64,000 nt of DNA from assembly GCA_040772905.1 (NCBI GenBank), contig JAXGXJ010000015.1, positions 465-64,464 on the forward strand, read 5' to 3'. The number at the start of each line of letters is the position of its first letter. Position 1 is the first letter of the stretch. The stretch comes from Thermoleophilia bacterium (GTDB lineage Bacteria > Actinomycetota > Thermoleophilia > RBG-16-64-13). This document shows positions 44,438 to 52,504 of the stretch, piece after piece. The translations under genes and the position numbers were made by a program. The notes beneath the pieces are model-generated. The model was not told the DNA's origin. It saw nothing but the letters and a program-made list of their open reading frames with translations, and did not search any database.

Positions 44438-44604
44438 AGACCTTGTACAGTGTCTATTAGACCGGGCGCGGAGTGCCCTGATAACTTCCCAAGGCCCAAA
44501 CCGCAGGGGCCTTCTTTGTACTTATGGACAACTGTCCGTCGATCCCGCTGCATTGGCGACCCTGACGAGGTCGGACGGCCGCAACGGGTGCCCCGCCTCG
44601 ACGA

Positions 44605-46284
44605 TCAGTCGAGGAAGAGACTGCGGGCCTTGAGCCCCAGTCCCAAGCGCTCCTTGTGCTCCGTCTGGAACACGCTCAGACCGCTCACCTCGGCGATCTT
44701 CTCCAGCCGGTAGCGGATGGTATGGCGATGGGCATAGAGGTCGGAGGCGGTCTTCGTGAGGCTCTCGTTGTTGGCGAAGAAGGTGGCCAACGTGTGCACC
44801 AGTTGGGTGCCGTTCGCTCGGTCGTATGCATCCACCGGACCGATGGACTCCTCGTACAGGGCGCGCACCTGGTCGGGATCACGTTCCCAGATGTCCAGCA
44901 GCAGACGGTAGCTGCCCACCTCGTTGAAATGTAGGAGCCCTCCCGGCCCCTGCAGCTTGCGCGACACCTTCACGGCCACCAGAGCCTCCTGATAGCCGCG
45001 ATGCAACTGATTGGGATCGGGGACGAAGCTGCCGATGCCCGTGGTGATACTGAGTCCGGCATCGGTGTGACCGAGTCCGTGCAGCACCTTGGCGATGCGC
45101 GACACCGCCGCGGCATCCTGCGCCGTCTCGCCGCAGAGGAACACCACCACCTGCCCCGACTTCAGGCTCACCAACGAAGACACCTCGGCCGTGGACACGT
45201 AACGTGAACAGCGGCTGAAGAAGCGCTCCACCCGCCTGTCGAGGTCTTCGTGGTCGAGCACCCGCCGCGACCCGTAGCCCGCGAACTCGTCCACGCCCAG
45301 CAGGACGACGGTCGCCCCTTGACTCAGATCGCATCCCAGGAAGGCGCCGCGGCGCAGCAGGGAATCGGACGAACCCCCGCTGCCGCTGATGAGATCGTCG
45401 AGAAAGTCACCCTTCAGGCGCACCTCGGTCTCGAACCTGGCCCGGTCCTGAGCCACCTCCAGATTGGCGATGGTGGCGGCATGTTCCAGCACCATCATCT
45501 CGATGCTGCTCAGTTCCGGCTGGTCGCTTATGACGCACATGTAGCCCTGGCTCTGATGCCCCGCCACGATGGGCAGGACGAACATGTGTGGCACACCCTC
45601 TTCTTGAAGATGGAACAGACGGCCACTCCGCCCCAGCGTCCTGAAGGCGTCGCGCACCCGGGGCAGCCGGTGTATCTCCGGTGTCTCGTACCCGCGCTCC
45701 TCGAGCAGGGCGGTCGCCAGCGGCTCCAACGAGATATCCAGGAACACCACGGGCATGTCCAGCAGCCGGGCGGATTCGCGGGCCAGATCGCCCCAGTCGC
45801 CACCGCGGATCACCACTCCCAGCAGCGCGCGATGGATCTGCTGCGACTTCTCCAACTGCGAAGCCTGCTGGTCGATGATCACCTCGGTGACATCCTGCAT
45901 GAGCTGGGTCCAGCGCAGCCCTTGCGGTACTTCCACGATGGGGAACTTGCGCCTGTCGGCCAGTTGGATGATGTCGGCCGGGATGGTCTCCACGAAACGC
46001 GTGGTCTTCACCATGAGGGCGGATGCGCCCGCCAACATGACCTTCTGACAGAACTCTCGTTGGCGCTCGATGTCGCCCTTGAAGGCGAACATAGTGGAGA
46101 GGACGATCTCACCTCCTGACAGCCAATCGGCGATGTCGGGCACCTCTCCCACAGTGACCGAGCTGACGCGACGCCCCAGCCCTTCGCTACCCGCAAGGAC
46201 ACGGGCGTCTTTGAGGACCTCGAGCGCGAGTATCTTTTCCACGGAGACCGGCATGTCGAGTTCACGATAGCATCCCCGCGTCAT
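44605..46284 (-). CDS. PucR-family transcriptional regulator (purine catabolism regulator-like N-domain, GGDEF-like middle, C-terminal PucR HTH)
   Basis: The C-terminus reads LVHTLATFFANNESLTKTASDLYAHRHTIRYRLEKIAEVSG. The start is uncertain (46284 or 46254). Confidence 0.75.
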   Translation of the reverse strand: MTRGCYRELDMPVSVEKILALEVLKDARVLAGSEGLGRRVSSVTVGEVPDIADWLSGGEIVLSTMFAFKGDIERQREFCQKVMLAGASALMVKTTRFVETIPADIIQLADRRKFPIVEVPQGLRWTQLMQDVTEVIIDQQASQLEKSQQIHRALLGVVIRGGDWGDLARESARLLDMPVVFLDISLEPLATALLEERGYETPEIHRLPRVRDAFRTLGRSGRLFHLQEEGVPHMFVLPIVAGHQSQGYMCVISDQPELSSIEMMVLEHAATIANLEVAQDRARFETEVRLKGDFLDDLISGSGGSSDSLLRRGAFLGCDLSQGATVVLLGVDEFAGYGSRRVLDHEDLDRRVERFFSRCSRYVSTAEVSSLVSLKSGQVVVFLCGETAQDAAAVSRIAKVLHGLGHTDAGLSITTGIGSFVPDPNQLHRGYQEALVAVKVSRKLQGPGGLLHFNEVGSYRLLLDIWERDPDQVRALYEESIGPVDAYDRANGTQLVHTLATFFANNESLTKTASDLYAHRHTIRYRLEKIAEVSGLSVFQTEHKERLGLGLKARSLFLD

Positions 46285-46373
46285 ACCAACTATCGATGGC
46301 TTACCCTGAGCCGCTCCAACTGCTATCGTCGCCCACTGGTGTGATCATCCACAAGGAAGAGGGCGGTTCTTAG

Positions 46374-47705
46374 GTGAGTGCGGAACTGGGCGGTGAACTC
46401 GGGTATTGGACGCTGGCACCGTTTGCTCTGATGTTGTTGAGCATCGCTGTGCTGCCACTGGTGGCGGAGAAATGGTGCGCCCACAACCGCAACAAAGGCA
46501 TCATCTCCGCCGTGCTGGGCATACCCACCGTCATCTACCTCCTGGTGCGCTTCGGTGACACCGGATTGGAGGCCACGGCCCACACGGCCGAGGAGTACGT
46601 GCAGTTCATCATGCTGCTGCTGGCCCTCTACACCATCTCCGGCGGCATCCACCTGACCGGCAACCTGGTGGCCACACCACGCATCAACCTGGGCTTCTTG
46701 GCGGGCGGTGCGGTGCTGGCCAGCTTCATCGGCACCATGGGCGCATCCATGCTGCTCATACGACCGTTGCTGCGCGCCAACTCGGAACGCGTGCACAACA
46801 AGCACACCGTCATCTTCTTCATCTTTGCCGTCTCGAACATCGGGGGCATGCTCACCCCCCTGGGCGACCCGCCACTCTTTCTGGGCTTCCTCCGCGGTGT
46901 GCCCTTCGCGTGGACCCTCACCCTATGGCCGCAGTGGCTCCTGGGCGTGGGCCTCACACTGCTGGTCTACGCCGCCTTCGAGTCCTACCAGTACCGGCGC
47001 GAGCCCCCCCGGGCGCGCGCGATGGACGTGGCCGACTTCGTGCCCATGCGCATCAAAGGGGCCGTGAACATCCTGCTGTTCGTGCTGGTGATCGCGACCA
47101 TCCTCTTCTCGGGTCCTCTCGCCCGGGTGGGCGAGGCCGTCCATTTCCCCTTCGTCCGTGAGGTCATCTTGGCCGTCTTCATAGTGGCTTCGCTCAAGAT
47201 CGGTCCTCGTGGACCCCGGAAGGCCAATCATTTCAGCTGGCATCCCATCGTCGAGGTGGCGGTGCTGTTCGCGGGCATCTTCGCCACCATGATCCCCGCC
47301 CTTGCACTCTTGCAGGCCAAGGGGGCCGCCATAGGGTTGAGCGCCCCCTGGCAGTACTTCTGGTCCACCGGAGCGCTGTCGTCGTTCCTGGACAACGCCC
47401 CCACCTACCTGGCCTTCTCGTCGGTGGCGCAAGGCCAAGTGGGCGTGGAGACCATCGGTGCGCTCACCTCCACCGCCGTGGTGGAGGGACTGGGCCTGAG
47501 CGCGGCCCAGCTTCTCACCGCAATCTCGTGCGGAGCCGTGATGATGGGTGCGAACACCTACATCGGCAACGCGCCCAATCTGGCCGTCCGCTGCATCGCC
47601 GATCAGTCGGGCGTGAAGATGCCCTCGTTCCTGGGGTACATGGCATACTCGCTGGGTATTCTGCTCCCCATCTTCCTGATCGTCACCGCCGTCTTCTTCC
47701 TCTAG
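46374..47705 (+). CDS. Ion-transporter-superfamily permease (ArsB/NhaD/CitMHS-like)
   Basis: 443 aa with about 11 TM segments in a two-repeat architecture. GTG start with AAGGAAGAGGG upstream. Confidence 0.6.
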   Translation: MSAELGGELGYWTLAPFALMLLSIAVLPLVAEKWCAHNRNKGIISAVLGIPTVIYLLVRFGDTGLEATAHTAEEYVQFIMLLLALYTISGGIHLTGNLVATPRINLGFLAGGAVLASFIGTMGASMLLIRPLLRANSERVHNKHTVIFFIFAVSNIGGMLTPLGDPPLFLGFLRGVPFAWTLTLWPQWLLGVGLTLLVYAAFESYQYRREPPRARAMDVADFVPMRIKGAVNILLFVLVIATILFSGPLARVGEAVHFPFVREVILAVFIVASLKIGPRGPRKANHFSWHPIVEVAVLFAGIFATMIPALALLQAKGAAIGLSAPWQYFWSTGALSSFLDNAPTYLAFSSVAQGQVGVETIGALTSTAVVEGLGLSAAQLLTAISCGAVMMGANTYIGNAPNLAVRCIADQSGVKMPSFLGYMAYSLGILLPIFLIVTAVFFL

Positions 47706-47966
47706 GACGAAGTCGGCCGAAACGGGGGCCGGCGCCGTCGAGAAGAGGGGCCTTTTTGGGCCCGGTTCACGATCGACGTGGTAACCTATCGGGGTTGGTT
47801 CAAGACTACTGGCGGTACTGCCGCCCCAGGCCGCCAGCCGGCCTGACAAGGGCGGCTTCCTCGTGCTTGCACCCACCGTTCGCCCTCACGGCGACCCTGG
47901 TCGGGACTGCGTCCTGGTCGTGGGGACACCGGGGACCGCCATGATGCGGAGGGCTGTTCACACACC

Positions 47967-50900
47967 ATGGCTACGCTCGGCATTGACATCGGCTGCATAA
48001 GCGTCAAGATCGCCATCGTCGGGGAACCGGAAGAGCAGGACCTGTTCCGCGACATCGCTGCGTCGTCTCCCCTCTTCCACGACCCGGTGGTAGCCGGGCG
48101 GGTGGCTCCTCACCCTGGTTCACCGCCGGTGCTGGCCACCAAGTACCGACGCATCAAGGGCAGCCCCACCGAGACTGCGCGCGACCTCCTGCAGCAGGTC
48201 ATGGATGCGCTGCCCGACGGTCTCATCAAGGCCGCCGGGGTCACCGGCACGGGCGGCCGATTGGTCGGCCGGATGTTGGGCCTCCCCTACGAGAACGAGT
48301 TCAGAGCCATCGCCCGCGCCGTGGGGGCTATGCACCCCGACGTCACCACTGTGTTCGAGATGGGCGGTGAGACCTCCAAGTTCATCCAGTTGGAGACCGA
48401 TGCCACTTCGGGCCGTGTGGGCATCGCCGACTACGGCACCAACGGTGACTGTGCCGCCGGCACCGGCTCCTTCATGGACCAGCAGGCCAACCGCCTGCTC
48501 TATGACATCGAGGACGTGGGTGAGATAGTGGGCGGGGCCGGCAAGGCCGCGTCCATCGCCGGGCGCTGCTCGGTGTTCGCCAAGTCGGATATGATCCACG
48601 CTCAGCAAAAGGGCTACCAGCCGCCAGAGGTGCTGAAAGGTCTCTGCAACGCTGTGGTGCGCAACTATCGCAGCACCATCGCCAAGGGCAAGGACATCGG
48701 CGCCCGGGTGGCCTTCATCGGGGGCGTGGCCGCCAACCTTGGAGCCGTGACGGCCATGCGCGAGGCCTTCGACGTGGACGAGCAGTCACTCGTCATCCCT
48801 CAGTACTACGCGTGGATGGGCGCCATAGGCACCGCCTTGACGGCCGCCGACGAGATGAGCGGCACTCAGGTGGTCACCTTCAACGCCCAGAAGCTCTCCC
48901 AGGGACAGCAATCCGAGTTCGAGACCAGCCCCGCCCTCTCCATGGAGCGGGTCATCCTTCTGCGCGACCGGGTAAAGCCCTACGAGTTCCCCGCACAGGG
49001 CACCATCGGCGCCTACCTGGGCATCGACATCGGGTCGGTCTCCACCAACCTTGTGGTCCTCGACGAGGACGGTGAGATGGTGAAGGAGATCTACGTGAAG
49101 ACCGACGGCCGGCCTGTGGAAGTGGTGAACAAGGGCCTGGCCGAGATCTGGAACGAGATGGGTGACCGCCTGGAGATCCTGGGTGTAGCCACCACAGGGT
49201 CCGGTCGCGAGCTCATCGGCGAGCTGGTCGGTGCCGATACCGTGAACGACGAGATCACCGCCCACAAGACGGGCGCCACCTTCATCGGGCGCAAGCTCAT
49301 CGACCGCGTGCCCGACACCATCTTCGAGATCGGCGGACAGGACTCCAAGTTCATCAGCCTGCAGGACGGCGTGGTGGTGGATTTCGCCATGAACGAAGCC
49401 TGTGCCGCCGGCACCGGCTCCTTCTTGGAGGAGCAGGCCGACAAACTGGGCATCCGCATCATCGGCGAGTTCGCCGAACTGGCACTGTCTTCGGAGGCTC
49501 CCGTGCGTCTGGGAGAGCGTTGCACCGTGTTCATGGAGCGTGACGTGAACTCCTACCTACAACGGGGAGCCGACAAGAAGGACCTCGTGGCCGGATTGGC
49601 CTACTCCATCGCCTACAACTACCTCAACCGCCTGGTGGGGCAGCGCCACGTAGGCGATACCATCTACTTCCAAGGCGGCACGGCCTACAACGACGCCGTG
49701 GCCTCCGCCTTCAGCATGATCCTGGAGAAGGACATCATCGTGCCGCCGCACAACGGCGTGGTGGGAGCCATCGGAGCCGCCCTCTTGGCCCGCGAGAAGA
49801 TGTCGGCCACCAAGGCCCCTTCCCGCTTCCGGGGCTGGGACCTGGAGCAGGTCGACTACACCGTCCGCGAGTTCACCTGCAAAGGGTGCAGCAACGAGTG
49901 CGACATCCGCCAGTTCACCATCGGCGGGGAGAAGACCTACTGGGGCGACAAGTGTTCAGACCGCTATCGCAAGCGGGCCAAGGTGGACAAGGAGCCCATC
50001 ATCCGCGACCTCATCGGTTTCCGCGATGCGCTCTTCTACTCGTACGTGACGGAGGCGGAGGACACCGCGCCCCTGCTGCGCAGCGGCACTGACGCGCCGC
50101 GCGGCACCATGGGCATACCCCGCACCATGTATACCTACGACCGCCTCCCCTTCTGGGCCACCTTCTTCAAAGGCTGCGGGTTCGACATCATGCTGTCCCG
50201 CCAGACCGACAAGAAGATCCGCGAGATGGGCATCGAGCGGGCGGTGGCTGAGCCTTGCTTCCCCATACGGGTAGCCCACGGACATGCCGCCGAACTGCTG
50301 GAGGCGGGCGCCGACCACATCTTCATACCCAACCAACTGAACGAGGAGACCGATCAACCCGGCATCGAGTCGCACGCATGTCCCTGGGGGCAGACACTCC
50401 CCCACGTGATCCGCCTCGCGCCGCATTTCGAGAACCATGCCGAGCGTTTTTTCGCCCCCACCATCCACTTCCGGCGGGGGCCTGCCTATGTGGGACGCAC
50501 GCTTCGTGCGGCCATGAAGCCCTACGGTGTGCCGGGCAAGGTGGTCGACCAGGCCCTCAAGGACGCCTACGAGGCCCAGGCCGAGTTCCGCGCTCGTCTC
50601 ATGACCGCAGGCGCGGACGCTCTGTCCACCCTGGAGGAGCACGACGAACTGGGCATCGTCTTGGTGGGACGCCCGTACAACATCTACGACTCGGGCGTCA
50701 ACATGGATATCCCGGCCAAGCTGCGCCGCTATTACGGTGTCAACATCATTCCCCTCGATTTCCTGCCCTTGTGGGGCAAGGAGACGCGCGAGGTGACGCC
50801 CAACATGTTCTGGAACTACGGGCGCAAGATCCTGCAGGCGGCCAAGGTGGTGGCGGCGCATCCCAACCTGCACATCATCTACATGACCAACTTCAAGTGC

Positions 50901-51092
50901 GGCCCCGACTCCTACGTGAAGCATTTCATCAGAGGAGCGTCATCGGAGCCGTTCCTGGTGCTGCAGTTCGACGAACACACCAATGACGCCGGCGCCATGA
51001 CCAGATGCGAAGCCTATCTGGACAGCAAGGGCTTCCTGCGCTGGTGGGCACGCGGCGACAGGGTCGCGAAACAGACCGTGAGGGAGAGCTAG
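47967..51092 (+). CDS. CoA-substrate-specific enzyme activase: two tandem BadF/BadG/BcrA/BcrD (HgdC-like) ASKHA ATPase domains fused to a Cys-rich DUF2229-like domain
   Basis: 1041 aa. It has two repeats of the activase pattern (LGIDIGCISVKIAIV...CAAGTGSFMDQQA; LGIDIGSVSTNLVVL...CAAGTGSFLEEQA). The C-terminal 400 aa carries CKGCSNECD and other conserved Cys. Confidence 0.75.
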   Translation: MATLGIDIGCISVKIAIVGEPEEQDLFRDIAASSPLFHDPVVAGRVAPHPGSPPVLATKYRRIKGSPTETARDLLQQVMDALPDGLIKAAGVTGTGGRLVGRMLGLPYENEFRAIARAVGAMHPDVTTVFEMGGETSKFIQLETDATSGRVGIADYGTNGDCAAGTGSFMDQQANRLLYDIEDVGEIVGGAGKAASIAGRCSVFAKSDMIHAQQKGYQPPEVLKGLCNAVVRNYRSTIAKGKDIGARVAFIGGVAANLGAVTAMREAFDVDEQSLVIPQYYAWMGAIGTALTAADEMSGTQVVTFNAQKLSQGQQSEFETSPALSMERVILLRDRVKPYEFPAQGTIGAYLGIDIGSVSTNLVVLDEDGEMVKEIYVKTDGRPVEVVNKGLAEIWNEMGDRLEILGVATTGSGRELIGELVGADTVNDEITAHKTGATFIGRKLIDRVPDTIFEIGGQDSKFISLQDGVVVDFAMNEACAAGTGSFLEEQADKLGIRIIGEFAELALSSEAPVRLGERCTVFMERDVNSYLQRGADKKDLVAGLAYSIAYNYLNRLVGQRHVGDTIYFQGGTAYNDAVASAFSMILEKDIIVPPHNGVVGAIGAALLAREKMSATKAPSRFRGWDLEQVDYTVREFTCKGCSNECDIRQFTIGGEKTYWGDKCSDRYRKRAKVDKEPIIRDLIGFRDALFYSYVTEAEDTAPLLRSGTDAPRGTMGIPRTMYTYDRLPFWATFFKGCGFDIMLSRQTDKKIREMGIERAVAEPCFPIRVAHGHAAELLEAGADHIFIPNQLNEETDQPGIESHACPWGQTLPHVIRLAPHFENHAERFFAPTIHFRRGPAYVGRTLRAAMKPYGVPGKVVDQALKDAYEAQAEFRARLMTAGADALSTLEEHDELGIVLVGRPYNIYDSGVNMDIPAKLRRYYGVNIIPLDFLPLWGKETREVTPNMFWNYGRKILQAAKVVAAHPNLHIIYMTNFKCGPDSYVKHFIRGASSEPFLVLQFDEHTNDAGAMTRCEAYLDSKGFLRWWARGDRVAKQTVRES

Positions 51093-52460
51093 GTGGATAC
51101 CGAGACCGCGACCACGAGCGGCAACGGCAAGGCCAGCCGCGAGGCGGCCGAGGCGGCACTGGCCGCCATGCCCAAGGCCGTGGCGGCCCACGGGGCCGAC
51201 GACAGCCCGGTCGATACCGACATCGACATCCATGACCGCACGCTGTGGCTCACCCACATGCCCTACGGGGGCTCGGTGATGCTCGCCGCGGCGTTCCGTT
51301 CCATCGGGCTCGACACCCGAGTGGTCCCTCAAGAGGACAGCCGCATCCTGGAACTGGGCGGCAGGTACACCTCGGGCGACGAATGCTATCCGCAGCGCAT
51401 CGTCTTGGGCGACTATATGAGACTGCTGGAGGACGAGAAGATCGATCCCAAGAAGACCGCCTTCCTCCTCCCCACCGCCAACGGGCCCTGCCGCTTCGGG
51501 CAGTACGTCGGGCTGCTGCGGCGCGTGCTCGACGACCAGGGCTACCAGGATGCCGCCATCCTCTCGTTCACCTCCGCTGACGGATACGCCGGCATCGGCG
51601 AGCAGGCCTCCGCACTCATCCGCACTGCCTGGCGCGCCGTGCTGGTGCAGGATATCCTGATGAAGCTGTTGCTCATGACGCGCCCGTACGAAGTGAACGC
51701 CGGCGAGACCGACCGGGTGTACCTGGCGGCTCTCGAGCAGATGGGCGAGGTGGTCGCCCGGCAAGGCATCGACCAGAAGGAACGTCTGGCCGACATCAAA
51801 GCGGGGTTGTCGCGGGTGAAGAAGGCCTTCCTCGACATCCCTGTGCGCGACGAGGACCGGCCGCTCATCGGCGTGGTGGGTGAGATCTTCTGCCGACTCA
51901 ACACGTTCGCCAACAACGATCTCATCAGGCACGTGGAGGCCCAGGGCGGCGAGTGCTGGCTGGCCGGGGTGGGCGAATGGGTGTGGTACACGAACGAGGA
52001 GGCCTTCCGCCGCCACCGCGAGGAGCGGCGGCGTGTGAGCAAGGACTGGCTGAAGACCTTCATCACCGCGCGCATCATGCATGCGGACGAAGAGGCCATC
52101 ATGGCGGACTTCCACGATGTGTTCGCGCACCACCCTGAGCCGCACGTGACCGAGGTGCTGAAGCACGCCGAGCCCTACCTCCCCCAGTCGGGGGCCTTGG
52201 GCGAGATGGTGCTCTCCACCGGCGGGGCCGTCTACCTGTACCACCAAGGAGCCGACGGCATCATCGACATCAGTCCGTTCACCTGTATGAACGGCATCGT
52301 CACCGAGGCCATCTATCCACGGGTGAGCAAGGACCACGATGGCATCCCCATCCGGGTCTTCTACTTCGACGGCACGAACAGTGACCTCGATCGTGACGTG
52401 GGCATCTTTTTGGAGTTGGCGAAGACCTACAAGCGGCGCAAGAAGATCCAGCGCCCCTGA
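51093..52460 (+). CDS. Acyl-CoA dehydratase-like (HGD-D / DUF2229-related) Cys-rich partner protein of the activase
   Basis: 455 aa. The GTG start is immediately after the activase stop. Conserved Cys are present (GDECYP, GPCRFGQY, GGECW, SPFTCMNG). The family assignment is tentative. Confidence 0.5.
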   Translation: MDTETATTSGNGKASREAAEAALAAMPKAVAAHGADDSPVDTDIDIHDRTLWLTHMPYGGSVMLAAAFRSIGLDTRVVPQEDSRILELGGRYTSGDECYPQRIVLGDYMRLLEDEKIDPKKTAFLLPTANGPCRFGQYVGLLRRVLDDQGYQDAAILSFTSADGYAGIGEQASALIRTAWRAVLVQDILMKLLLMTRPYEVNAGETDRVYLAALEQMGEVVARQGIDQKERLADIKAGLSRVKKAFLDIPVRDEDRPLIGVVGEIFCRLNTFANNDLIRHVEAQGGECWLAGVGEWVWYTNEEAFRRHREERRRVSKDWLKTFITARIMHADEEAIMADFHDVFAHHPEPHVTEVLKHAEPYLPQSGALGEMVLSTGGAVYLYHQGADGIIDISPFTCMNGIVTEAIYPRVSKDHDGIPIRVFYFDGTNSDLDRDVGIFLELAKTYKRRKKIQRP

Positions 52461-52504
52461 GCCGAAGCCGATGACCCCATCCCGGCCGGAAGGATCGTGA
52501 CCTC

